Part shown: piece after piece, positions 40,401 through 52,890 of the stretch | Position numbering within the stretch: position 1 is the first letter of the stretch | How the letters are laid out: the number at the start of each line of letters is the position of its first letter | NCBI GenBank assembly: GCA_000934665.2 | Contig: KZ538108.1 | Coordinates: forward strand, 62,001 to 123,763 | Source of the DNA: Catajapyx aquilonaris | Lineage: Eukaryota | Length of the DNA stretch: 61,763 bases | Direction: 5' to 3' | Notes under the pieces: generated by a model | Seen by the model: only the letters and a program-made list of their open reading frames with translations | Databases searched by the model: none | Told to the model about the DNA's origin: nothing | Translations under genes and position numbers: made by a program

Positions 40401-41119
40401 GCGATGTCGTATTATTGTGGGGGGAACAGGTGCTGGTTCCAATTAATGTATACACGTCCTGCCTGTCCCCTCTGCTGATTAAGTAGGTCCGCGTGCAGGG
40501 GATGCCTCGTCGGTGGATGTCCACTACCAAGCTAATTGGTGGCCATCGGAGGAAAAGAAACCCGCGCAGTCTGATGGTTGGCATTTAAAAGGGTGTGTGC
40601 CTCCATCAGCAGGACGCAATCACGCCCCCCCCCCCCNNNNNNNNNNCCCCCCCCCCCCCCCAAAAAAAAAGACGTCACCTGCGCCCGTGGGACTCCTTCC
40701 CTAATACAGCTGCTGGTGTGGCCCATCGTCCCACCCCATTCACTGTATTTATTTTTATTTTTTTGGCCGGGATGTGGTTTCGTGATGCCCCAAAATAGAC
40801 CCCCAAATAATATCCTCCGAATCAATCGACAGATGCTTCTGTGTCACGATCATCGACTCATAGTATACGTCATAGTACATTACAGTGAATAAGGTTGTAA
40901 CCCTGACCCCATTTCACCCAGGTCATTATAATACTCTACACCTATATAGCTGTCAGGCAAACGTACTTTCATTCTATATATATGTACAGTATAGTAGTGC
41001 ATTTCAGGTCTTGCATATATATAACGTACCTGTGTCAGAAGCGGGTGTTGGGCTTTCCCGTCAGAGATGCGGTAGACGAATGGTCCGCACGTCCACTCCT
41101 GCTGGCTGCTTCCCAACAT
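37468..41119 (-). CDS. TTLL2: TTLL-family tubulin polyglutamylase, TTLL2-like, ~618 aa
   Basis: Exons 41119-41030 (GPFVYRI..LLTQ), 39721-39369 (ICEERGW..WNLWWR..LKPWQ..CRKD.LARYL), 39301-39073 (WICKP..GRGI), 39015-38101 (VVQRY..KLDLRLY..EGLVRFA..HLTNSSLN..LLGLDVLLD..KPWLLEVN), 37737-37468. Phases consistent, 1857 nt. Family is secure; subfamily label is from motif memory. Start could be the upstream ATG at 41131. Confidence 0.88.
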
Positions 41120-43830
41120 GATCTGAATCATCGGCAATGACAATAACAAATCATCAAGCTGATCAAGTGCTTTCAGACTGATGGTCAGCTCCACGGGAGT
41201 CGACTGAATGAAATGTGATGGACTTTTGATGAAAGAAATGGGCGTGTGTGCTGGTCAAATGATGGACCGTGAGACGTGCATAAAATGAGCTCACGGCATG
41301 CGTGCATGATGATGCCTCGGGTCAATGCTCCACCACCAGACAGTCCTTACCTACATTTTTAAGTAGTGCGACTTGTACTCACTTATTGTCTTTGTATGAG
41401 ACGATGGGATATGACCAACCCGACCACGAGCGGACTACTCCGCCAAGACCCGCAGGACACACACCCTTTTAACCTAACCGCTTTGGCCCCCTCCCTCCAG
41501 CTCCCTCCTTCCACCCCCTCCTCCTGTCCCTATATAAAATCCAATGGTCGTTTATGTGGATGGGTGCAAAAGGATGTTGGGGGGAAGGGGGTTGGAGGGC
41601 TGGTGGAAAGGAAGCGGCAGTTAGTGCCATTGCGTCTGCTTCGATCAGTGAGTGAGTGGCACGAACTACTTTTAGTGGGAGACCCCAAACTAAACAAAAT
41701 TAAGGAGAAAGAACAAAAACTTTTGCTCATTTGCTTTGGGGAGGGAGGGGCTAAGAGGAGGAGGCTAAAAATGGAAGCTCCTAAATGTCAGATGATGGAT
41801 CGACACCTAGACCTCACTTTTTTTTTTTTAAATGTACACAAAGCTGTACTGTTTGCTACTCATACTTTGCTCACGGAAACTATTCACGAATAAAGGTTCT
41901 CCATCGGTTTGTCTTTGGTAAAAAAATGATCATTGAGTCATTTACTCGTACTTGCTGTAAAGGTCACGGTGTCAAATCCTTATTTGTCATTCCTTGCATG
42001 GAACATGCATTGCATGTGGATTCCAATTATAGTTGTTGCATGGATTATGATCCTGCTGCTGCTGTGTGTATATAGGTATGCACATGACACCTCCGTGCGA
42101 GGATCACTTTGTCAGGAGGCCTGTTGTTGTTGTTATCGACGCCTCCATGCCCCCAAATTATCACCCGATGGCGTCCGATATAGCCGGGAGATAGGGACAA
42201 ATTGGCTGCATGCGGCATGCCCCAGACTTTATTTGTGGAATCGTGTGTCTTTATCCGAGTCTAAGATCTTTTTTGGCATATTATGGCACACAACCCAATG
42301 GCAGTGCATGCCATCGTTTTAACAATAATCAGCTAGAAATGCGCAAAAAAAAAATCGACTGATTAGATCCAGCACACCATTATATCGTGGTGCATGCCAT
42401 TCCTGCTGGGATGTCCCTCCCACAGCAGCATGCGTCGTCCATTATTATAATATAGATCCCATTATTGCATCTGGTGGTGGTTTGCATGCCATACCTTGCG
42501 ATGATGGACCCGTAGCCAGGGGCAATATTTAATTGGACAAGCTGCGACCTCGCCCTTTTTGCCAGCCCATCACTCGTCCGACCATGTTGTGTGATCTATT
42601 CCTTATTCCCACCCAACCCACAGCAGGTGATGATCGACCTTGCCATTTTCTGCCTTTTTTTTTTTTTTAAAAAAAAAAGAAGAAACAAACCGGCGCACAC
42701 TGCTGGCGGCACGTCAACCCATATTTCCACCGCAATACACTTTAGCAACCACACAAAAAAAGTGGGATGTGCCAGAACAGGACTCAAAGCTTTGACACCC
42801 TCTTTTTATATGGAGAGAGAGAAAACTGGGTTGGAATAAGGTTTTGTAGGTGGGGTGGACAAGAAGAAGAAAAGCGGCCCAAAAAGCCATTTGGATTCCT
42901 TTTCTGTCTGTGATTGGGGGGAGCTTTTGGCGTACAAAAATAGATCCTGGCCCCCCCGGAAAACTCCGTTTTGATTGATGCGGTCGGTGTCAAAATCGGT
43001 TGGAGAGAAAAAGTCGGTTGTAAATAATCCCACCCCCGTCTCCCACCCCATAAAAAAGCATAGCACGGGCCTTATAACTTTTTCTTCAGATCGATCGAGT
43101 GTGACATGCCCGCATTTTGACTTGCTTCCCACATGTGCACTTAGCAATAATTATTGCTGGCTGAATTTTACGAAATGTATTTTTAAAAAATCTCTTCGCT
43201 GTTTCTTATACATAAAGTGGCAGAGAGAGAGAGAGAGAGAGAGAAAACAAGTTCCGGTCCTTACTGGATCGATCCGGCGTCTCTCATTTATTCGGTCATC
43301 AAGGAAGGTGACGGAACTTTAATTACACCCTTCTGCTTCTTCTTCTTATTCTTCTTGCTGCTGCTGAGAAACCGGAATGGCCGTGCCAGCTATAAAAGGC
43401 GGAGTGAGAAGGAAAAGGGCAAGTCTTCGGAGTGTAGGTATATATAGAGCTAATTAACGCCGTATTCATCAGACTCAGAGTCTACTTTAATTAAGCCAAG
43501 CAAGGCCACGGAAGACGAAAACGCCCCCTCAAGTATATGTATAGGTGTATACATCGTCTGTTATGATTATAGTTGGGGGGCTCTTTCCCCTGCCGCCATT
43601 ATAGCCTCCATCAAGATCACCACACAATTAAATCACTGGAAAAATAAAGTCTGCGCGATGCCCCGCAATTTAGGTGATCTGATTAAAATGCACCATGACC
43701 TCGAAGCATCTGGAGTCACTCTCTCTCGCCATAATTTTTACGGTCCTTTCGATGTGTCCTTTTGACTCCCCCTTTAGAAAGTGTTGCAACTTTACAAGTA
43801 CATTGCTGTTAATAGTTCCAACATGTCGTA

Positions 43831-43872
43831 CAGTGGTGGAAATTAATGAATATCCATTAATTTCCACCACTG
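43831..43872. mobile_element. Minimal Tc1/mariner-type TIR-only element (hairpin)
   Basis: TA-CAGTGGTGGAAATTAATG-aatatc-CATTAATTTCCACCACTG-TA: perfect 18-bp inverted arms with TA on both sides. Confidence 0.75.
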
Positions 43873-44132
43873 TACACTATACTGACGTATACATTTAGTA
43901 ACACTTTAACTTGTGTTCCACTAAAAGCTCTCTGTAATTTTTCAAGGAATATATATAGTGGACATGTTGTCAATGATATAAAATTTTTCGTAGAAACCAA
44001 ACGCTTTGTGTTCCCACAGATGGTCAGCATTGTGCTGTTAGCTGCGGGATAATACAAAGCATATAATATATACTTCTCTATTCTCTCTAATGAGATCTTC
44101 AGACGATTTCATCTGATAGAACCAGGAAAGAT

Positions 44133-45881
44133 ATGGTCCGAATCATGGCAACGCGTGCAGTGGTCCAAGATGTTTACTGGTCCTTTGTCCCTCTGGCAAA
44201 AGCCTCGTCCGCCTTTGGATTGTGGACGTGTCCTATCTACCCGAAGAAAAGCAGCCTCTGGTACACCTGGCCCACCTTCTTGAATGCCTTCTTAGTCATC
44301 GCGTATTTCATGACACTTGAATTTGACTTTCATCCGGAATACGAGCGTTTCTTATTCAGAGGCGCATTCGTAACTACCATGGACTACGTATTTCTCGTTA
44401 GTCATGTGTGCTCATTCATAATCCCTCTGACCAACATCGCCTTCATCATTCTCAACGGAGAGAACACCAGGAGGATACTGGACAAGCTGCATGACCTGGA
44501 TTGCAAGCGTGCATCAAGCCAAGTGAACCGTGAGATGCGAATTATTTCCTGTAGAATTGTGGCAGTTTCTCTGCTGGCCTGCACATTTTCGACATTGGCT
44601 GCGATCCTTTTCATGTTTGGGCCTCACTTGAGCGGAATTTACCTGTCTCTGGTCTTCTTCCTAGTGGCGGCCCTTCGACACCTGATTCCTGGCCAGTTGC
44701 TCTTCTTCTCTCTGTCCATCGGACGCAGGCTGGACAGAGTACACAAGGACATCGCATCGACCTGCTCCGACATCAACAATCGCACCAGTTCACTGAATCA
44801 ATCCAGCCCGCAGTCATACGAAAGTAATTTGGCAGCTGAGGGCCGCGCATATTTGTCCCTGCGTGACATGGCCGAAGAAGTGAGCAGAATATACGGACTG
44901 GCCACATGTCTCGCGTACTTGTCGTGCATTGTGGAAATAGTGGTTGTCTCATTCGTGTTACTCACACAACCGAGCCTATATACTCACATCATCATAACGC
45001 TGGTGGCAGGAATAACTTATCGCACTCTCCTGGTGTACTTCACCACTATATTGATTGGAGACATTAGCCAGAAGGTACGTGATGTGAAACACTACTAATT
45101 AGAACCAACTTGTTGCATGATGGAGTAACAGTATTACATCGTGGCGTGTTTTTATGACATTTATTACGTTAGGTAACTATAGATAATACTAATTCAATAA
45201 CTGCCTAATTATTTGTGAGAATTCGAAATACCGCTTGGTCTGAGTAACACAATCTGCGTAAAGAATATGACCGTATATACTTTTAGTACGTCTTAGTTAG
45301 CACATCACATCTCCCGCCTTCAGTGCTTCACTCACAGTGTGTGCATTTCAACAGCCTGTGCTGTTTATATTCGATGCAGGATTCACAGTGTCTTCCTCCA
45401 TTTGAAATGATTCTCCTTTGACTAATCTTTCAGTCCTCGAATTCCCTGAACGACCTGATTGGTGTTCGTCAACTGAACATGAGTCCGGACTGCAGGGCAC
45501 AGGTTGGTGCGGAGGGAGTTCCACAATATTCATATAGCACTGTATATACACACACAATAGCGTGTAATGTGTATGCAAATAATGTATTTCCATGCCAGGT
45601 CAATGCCCTGATCCAGAGGATGTGTGGTCCACCAGTGCAGATCACTGCTGCCAACTTCTTCACCATCAACCGGGGTCTGCTCACCTCGGTGAGTCTGTCA
45701 CTTCTGCAGCATGGCTCATGATTGAAGTTAACACTTGACAATCGACTCATTATTCCTTCTCTTTCAGATCGCAGCTGCAGTCACCACCTACCTGATAGTC
45801 CTTGTGCAGTTCAAGGGTTCGGAGAGTGGCACGTGCAGCTGCCGAGCACCAATGACAAACTGCACAGAGCTTTTACCGTAA
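44133..45881 (+). CDS. Gustatory receptor (7TM chemoreceptor), ~404 aa
   Basis: Exons 44133-45074, 45434-45502, 45599-45688, 45768-45881: long first exon with multiple hydrophobic helices, then three phase-0 introns near the 3' end. C-terminal signature ITAANFFTINRGLLTSIAAAVTTYLIVLVQF (TYhhhhhQF). Confidence 0.93.
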
Positions 45882-48099
45882 ATGCCAGCAAGATTTGGAT
45901 GCCACTTGGGCATATCCTTGCACCGTTATTGTTACACTCTCATTTATTCACGAACAAATCACTTGAAAGCATTAAACTCCGTGAATACATATGTCGTCAC
46001 GAGCACAAGCAAGTTTCAAGTAAAATTCGGACGAGTGATGATTCCGTCGTCATGTCTATTGGTGCACTATATAGTAAGGACATGCTTTTTTTAACTGTTT
46101 GTGCGAATGGTCAGATCCTGTTGACGAGACCCTTCACCGCATCAGCAAGTGGATCGTCATCTACCGGGGTATGTGAGACATGTCTAACCAAGTGTCTAAC
46201 AGCCATTTTTCTGAGGTTCATTACTGAAGTACACTTACTTAACACAAGTCTGTTAATTCTGCACTTTTGTGTCGATCATCCCAGTCAAATTNNNNNNNNG
46301 GGGGGGGGGGAATTTTTCACTGTATAGCCTGAGCCTGGTTAATTTATGCGTGTTGAAATTATTGCAAATTTAAAATGTATCCAGGGGAAGAGTCGGAATG
46401 ATATAAATTGGCTTTTTAAAATTAGGCAGTATCACAGTCAATCTCTAAATTTTACCAGCCAATTAGTGGAGGCCCCGAAAAGATGCCGAATTATACCCAA
46501 GTCAACATATAGGCATCGTAAACGGTAGTGCCCTTGACACATTTCAAGCAACTACTGACAAACTCATAGAAAGCCTGTACAGATCTCGGTAATATTTCCA
46601 ACATGAAGTATATTAATTTTCCAAGGCAGTGTGACGCAATTTTTGCCCTTTCGACGTGTCCTTTTGACTCACCCCTTTAGAATCATCACTTATCCCAAAA
46701 CACGACCTTGACAAGCAGTAGGCAGTGAACAGTTGGATCGAATGGAAGTGCATTGCCTGGGTCATCTTCTTGACTGGAAGGTTTGTTGCTGTGTGATGGC
46801 TAAACTGTTAATTAAGCATTACAAGGGTATCGTCGTTGCATTTATTTACTTTGGTCATTAATGCATGCGCATAGTTTCAGAAAGATGTGACTTTGCCTGT
46901 CTGTTTGGAGAGACGTGTCAACTGCACCTTGATGATTGGGCAAGAAAATGGCGTCGGTTGAGCAGGATTGGATTGTTGCAACGATTTTAAAATTACTGGT
47001 AAGTATTCCTAATTATGATGATTATTAAGCAGGTTATTAATGGAGCATTCTGTGGTCATTTCAAATGCACTCAAAAAAATCCTCAACTTTCAATGTCAGA
47101 GGACATAATGATATAGTCTATTATTCAAAAACTTAGTTTCATTTTTTCACAGTAATAATACCGTAAATATTTTTCCCATTGCTGTTGCAACTTGATTGCA
47201 CTAAGCTGCTTATTATTATTAGCCAGTTACTCTTGCTGGTTATTATTATCATCAAAAGTAATTAGTCTTTACACTTTTCATTTTCAGATGATGCATCCAT
47301 CACCTATAGCTGCCTGATTCTGCCAAACCAACAACTAACCACTTTGGCCTCATCCGAATCAGCAAGCGATTCGAGGTGCTGTCATCATCAGATGCCTCAA
47401 ATCTTCTGTCGTCATCTGCTTTCCTGGCAGACCAGACATGGACATTGGACATGGTAAGCACTTCACTTATTAGTGTACACCTCATGTGTTGATACATTAG
47501 GCAATGAATTGGGAAGCCAGCAGATATTGGAAGCTAGTCCTTGATCAGTGAGAACGGCACCTTAGGAGTACTTATTAGTGATCAAAGTAATTATTCCAAA
47601 ACTCCCTAACCAGCAGGATTGCCACCACTCATTTAAAAACTTATTAATAATTCTTTTTCGACAATTAAGTTAAAGGAAAGGTCATCTGCAGAACATCTTG
47701 TTGTATTTGCCAATCTTATTTATCAAGTGATATTTGCATAAGTAGGCATCAAATGACAAGTTATGTTTCCTTCTGTATTTCCAGTAAAATTCATTGTAAT
47801 AATGACATTTTTTTCCTCCTGCAGTGAATAGCTCATCAAAACTTTCTAAGTCTTTTTTAGATTGTTGGGCAGCCTTGAAAGTAGCATAACTGTTTTGTAC
47901 ATCCTGGAAAAGATGGAGTAGAAATCAGAAGAGCAACTGTTATTGTGGACATCTTTATTGCACAGCCTGAAAAGGATCAAGCAGCCTAACAAGACGAGTT
48001 ACTGTGAACATCCTGGGGGAAAAAAATCAGCAATCAGAAGAACTGTTATTGTGGACATATCTTTATTGCTATTTTTGTACATTGGCTGTAATAAAGAAA

Positions 48100-48345
48100 C
48101 AGTGCGTCGATTATGTCTCTCCTCCCTCCGCCTACTGATGGCCGGGGGGGAGAGGCTTTGATGGATGGGGGCACCCACGAGCAATGTAAGCTACGTTGCC
48201 TCCCCTTCCCCTATCCTCCCAGGGCTTGCCCTGGGGGGATAGGGGAAGGAGGGCAGCGTAACTTACATCGTCCCACGTGCACCCCCATCCATCCAAGCCT
48301 CACCCCGACCAACAGCAGGCAGAGGTGGGAGGGACCAACGCACTG
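48100..48345. mobile_element. Palindromic MITE-like element
   Basis: Ends CAGTGCGT / ACGCACTG, imperfect arms CCCTCCGCCTACTGATGGCCGGGG / CCCCGACCAACAGCAGGCAGAGG, central hairpin CCTTCCCCTATCCTCCCAGGGC / GCCCTGGGGGATAGGGGAAGG. Confidence 0.6.
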
Positions 48346-49989
48346 GAGTGAACGAATGAGAGACTCTCACTGGACTCTGAAAAAATGTTTACAGAAAAAA
48401 AAGGGAGGGGCATAAAGATAGGCTCCGCGCCAGCGCCAGCGCCAGCGGACTTTGCGAATGCAGGGGCGGCCGGGGCCGCCCGGACGACCCCGGCCTTTTT
48501 CGACGACTAAAACTACGATTTTTCAGCCTGCATGTTTCCCCCCCTTCAACGTCATGCACTTGGCACATGACGTCGAAAGGGGGGAGCCTATAAATGCAGG
48601 CGGTAAATCTTCGTCCTTTCAACATCATGTGCCAAGTATTAGCACATGATGCCAAAAAGGGGCGAGATTTGTAGGAGATTGGGAAAAGGAGGCTGATGAG
48701 TGCTGGCACCATCTGTAAATGACTGGAAAGAGAAGAAAACAGGGATATGCGAAAAATGATGCTGATCATCAGTCAGGACTGGGTTCCAGGATGCCACCAT
48801 CAGCAGGCTGCAAATTACTGGCACTGAAAAGAGAACAAAAATTAAATTTGCAATCAGCAAACATACAATTAGAAGGTCGATGCAATTACATGGAAATTGA
48901 ACTTGCTAAAATCAGAACTGAACACGACAGCTTCCTGCACACAGAAATTAGGCAACTTTTAGCACCCTGATATTATATTGATATTTTCCAGCCACATACA
49001 ACACACAAAAAAAACTTAATTTACATGGTCTCTGTTCTTTTCCAACGAGAACAATGCCAAAGAAGCTGATAATGGCCAAGTTGCACAAGTGGAAATACTG
49101 CATATGCCTCAGGGGTTCCCAACAATGGTTTAACTGACCGTGTCAAACAAATTCAATAGGCTGTAAAGCCAATGATCCACCTGCAAAGACTTCAAGCTCG
49201 ACGCAGAAGGTTTCCGCAGAGAAAGCAGAAAGATACATTCAGAATAATGTCATTTTATTTCTCTCAGGTAATTCTCTCATTAGTCAACATTGCACAGGAG
49301 CAAACAATTCAAATCCATGCAAGTGCATTGAGACCTTGATCTCTCTCTCATGATACTGACCTACATAAGGTCACGTTATGGGCATCCTCCTCTGGCAACA
49401 ACAGTCCTGGAAATCACTGCTTCTCTTCCCACCATCGATAGACATCTGGAAGCAACATACAGAGATGCAAGAATGAAGATCAAATAATCAGGTGAGTTAA
49501 CATGTGCAATCCATTGTTATGCAACATACACTGAAGTGCCAAAACTCATGCGATAACACGAAACATTTTAAGTCACACACCACCCTGGCGTATATAAGCC
49601 AGGTGTTGTCATGAGGCAGGGTGCTGAACACAGCTCATGGCACTGGAGAATTCCAGCAGGATAATGCACAGTTTCATCAGCAGGCACAGAATGGGTTCAA
49701 GGAGCATTCTGAAGAATGATGTGGCCAGACTGAATCCAATCCGGCATTTTAATGAGACGTGGTCCAGAGTTGCTGCACTTTGCAGAGTTGCTGTACCTAT
49801 TTCATGACTTTTGGCACTTCAGGGTAACGCAGCATGCATTACCAGATGTACATCAATTCAAAATTATACACGACAATCACTCAATTACTGATGAAACTCG
49901 CCCAGAAAATTAATTCGCTAATGTTAGGAGCTATCGAAAACAGAAGCAGCAAAAAGGGGTGGTCAGTGATGCAGGAGAAGTCAATATTT

Positions 49990-51510
49990 ATCAATATGCT
50001 TAAAAATGAAATTAATCAAATAAGGACAGCTGAAAGGGGGGACATTCAGAGATTTGCTCATCAAAAGCATTATTGTGCCTTGAATATACTGTAATTATTG
50101 ACACTCTTGACAATCAAAAGTTATGCTCTGGGAAGTCACTGGTGTACCACCCCTGACAAATGGCATGGCATGTATACAAAGCTTGCATTGTAAACGTTAA
50201 ATCTGGCAGATGGAAACTGAGTTAATTAGCATTTTGCCTATGGTTATTAAGTGTGCTAAGCCTTCTCACGAAATGTGGTGGTGAGTTACTTATGTATTCA
50301 CTGCAAAGCTTTCTTATAGGCACTTGATTGAACCTGCGAGGAAATGGTTGGTTTGCAAGTTAACGAGCAATGACAAGGGCATTGTGACATTGATGGTTAT
50401 GTTTCACTTCAAGGCTTAATTTCGTGATGATAGGTCATGTGCTGTGCATAGTCTTTCAGTCAAGTATTCTCTTAAATAGCATTTTTATACAACTAATCTG
50501 CTTATTATTTAGCAGTGTCCTGTTAGTGGATAATTAAATTGCTTCACAATATAATCAGGGCACTACTGTACTTGCCCAACGCCAGTCAAGTTCACCTGCA
50601 TGTCCATGTCACAAATATGTCACCCCCAACATCCCGTTCCATATGCCTCAATATAAATAGTATTATATAAATGTTAATTATACATAATATATTCTAATGT
50701 TATCTATAGTCTACTATCTGTATACTTATAATAATTATTCTAATAAATGCTATACACATACAGCTTATATTCTAATTAGGCATACGGAAGAGCGATGTTG
50801 GGGCCTGAATGTGTTAATTAGAACATTCAGTTTCTACTAATTCATATAATTTGCAAGGTGATTTTCAGACTATAGGTGATGAACTTGACTTGCGTTGGGC
50901 AAGTACAGTGGTGCCCTGATTATATTGGGAAGAGTTTTAAATAGCCACTAACAGAAGCAGATTATAGTTACGAGAAAAATGCAATTGAAGGAAGACTTAA
51001 GTGAAAGACTAATGCACCGTACGTGCTTTTACATCGCAAAATTAAGCCTCGAAGTGAAACATAACCATCAATAATTTTTGTCACAATGGGGTCAACTTGC
51101 AAAGCCTTACAAGTTCAATCAAGTGCCTATAGGATGCTGCTTTGCAGTGAATACACAACACCGCACAACACTCACCGCCACATTTTGTGAAAAGGCCAGC
51201 TCCCACTCAACAATTGGTAAAGTGCTATTCAAACGCATTGGTATCTATCAGTTTTAATGTATCAAATGAAACTACTTTTTGGCAAATTAGCACTGCCAGG
51301 CCATTTTTCAGGGGTGGTGTAGTGTACACCAGTGTACATATTACAGGTGGCCAGCAGTTGGCTTCCCCCAAGAATTAACCTTTTGATTGTCAAATGTCAA
51401 AATAGATCGAATTATTCGAGGCTTTTGACGAGCAACCATCAGTAAACTTAATATCCCTTTTCAGCTGTCCTTATTTGATTAATTTAAATTTTAAGCACCT
51501 CTTGATTATT
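49990..51510. repeat. Long imperfect inverted repeat (foldback/MITE-like), ~650-730 bp arms with ~130 bp AT-rich spacer
   Basis: AATTAATCAAATAAGGACAGCTGAAA (~50010) vs TTTCAGCTGTCCTTATTTGATTAATT (~51460); ATATAATCAGGGCACTACTGTACTTGCCCAACGC (~50550) vs GCGTTGGGCAAGTACAGTGGTGCCCTGATTATAT (~50892); CCCCAACATC...ATGCC (~50625) vs GGCAT...GATGTTGGGG (~50779). Confidence 0.88.
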
Positions 51511-52577
51511 AGGATTCCATTAATTTTAATGCACAGTTATCATTCAGATCCACTACATGCAGCAATTCACATTGAATGTCTTGAAACCTTCATTTCATAA
51601 ATCCTGCCACCTTCGTGTGCCCTCAATGAATCTCAATGCACTATTTTGCACTGACATTAACCCTATAGTGTCACTAGCTCAAGTCAAATGTCTATCTGCA
51701 GCCCACTAAACAATAGCCTCACGTACATCTAATTATTGTCCATGGCGAGTTTTCAGCAGTGGATTCCTAATTGATGCAGCAGCCAATATGTTTGGCAATG
51801 AACCTGACATACTCGTATACATTCCCATCAAGACACGACGAGGCACCAAAAGCAATAAGAGACTCACCAAGTATAGTTGGGGCAGTGTTGGCATCTGAAG
51901 TCACTCTAAGAACCATGATTGCGCTGATGGGGGCCGGCGATGAAACGAGATGACCATGTCTGCTGCTGGAGTGTCTCGTTTAAATGACGATGACACTGTT
52001 GCGATGGGCAACGCACATGTTTGAGGCTGCTTCTGCAAAGGACGGATTGTATGAGATCAAAAATGTCAGGCAACAATAAAGTCACTAATGAACTATATGG
52101 AATGGGTTTAGGTTCTCTTTCAGCAATCAAAAGTACAATTTTGTTATCAACTCCAGGGGATATTCCACGCCTTTAAATCTTCAGGAAAAATGCAAATTAT
52201 TTTATATTTACAGCACTCTGGCAAAGGTAGGCTGCACTTTCATGTAATATTGCTCATCAACTTGGTCTTCAAATACCACACATTTTGAATTTATTGGGCT
52301 TCATTGCAAAAATAGTCGCCATCTTTTTGGCACGTTATAAGCTCATTACAGTCATGTAAAAATGAGTAATGTTCACTCGAGAGAAAAAAGGAAGGCCTAT
52401 ACAATGCACCTTTAAAAAGAGCTGCATTAAACCAGAGTATATTTTACCCTTAATATTGAACAGACAGGTTTAAATTTTTATAATTTTACAGGTAAATCAA
52501 ATCAGGCTTATTTAACACTTTTGACCCATCACTGTCCTCCAGTTTGCCAAAAAATGATGGGTGGTGCATTTCACAGG

Positions 52578-52890
52578 TTTTTAAATACGTCCTTTGAGTG
52601 GTGAAAACTTGGGCTAGAAAGTTGAGAATTTGCAATATCTGAAATGGCCACAGCATCGTGCACCTTCCAGAATTATGCACAATTTTTCAGACAATGGTAG
52701 ACGATGGCCTTGAATAAAATTGGCCTAACTGAAAAAAAATTTGGCCATCGTCTACCGTGGTCTGAAAAATTAAATTGAGAATTCTGGAAGGTTATTCCTG
52801 TAGCGCATGCTGTGGCCATTTCAAATGCAAAAATTGCAACTTGTCAACTTTCGAGCCCAGGCTTGCACTACTCAGAGGACATTTTAAAAA
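52578..52890. mobile_element. Palindromic MITE-like element
   Basis: TTTTCAGACAATGGTAGACGATGGCC vs GGCCATCGTCTACCGTGGTCTGAAAA; arms extend outward through GAAATGGCCACAGCAT / ATGCTGTGGCCATTTC. Confidence 0.75.

Noticed and set aside
40625..40670. Poly-C/G tracts with N runs (also 46292-46299, 53885, 56831-56837)
   Set aside because: Small assembly gaps at homopolymers; lengths are unreliable and not biological evidence.
45722..46327. 201-aa ORF after the GR
   Set aside because: Overlaps the last GR exon out of frame, runs through 3' UTR and an N gap, and shows no motifs.
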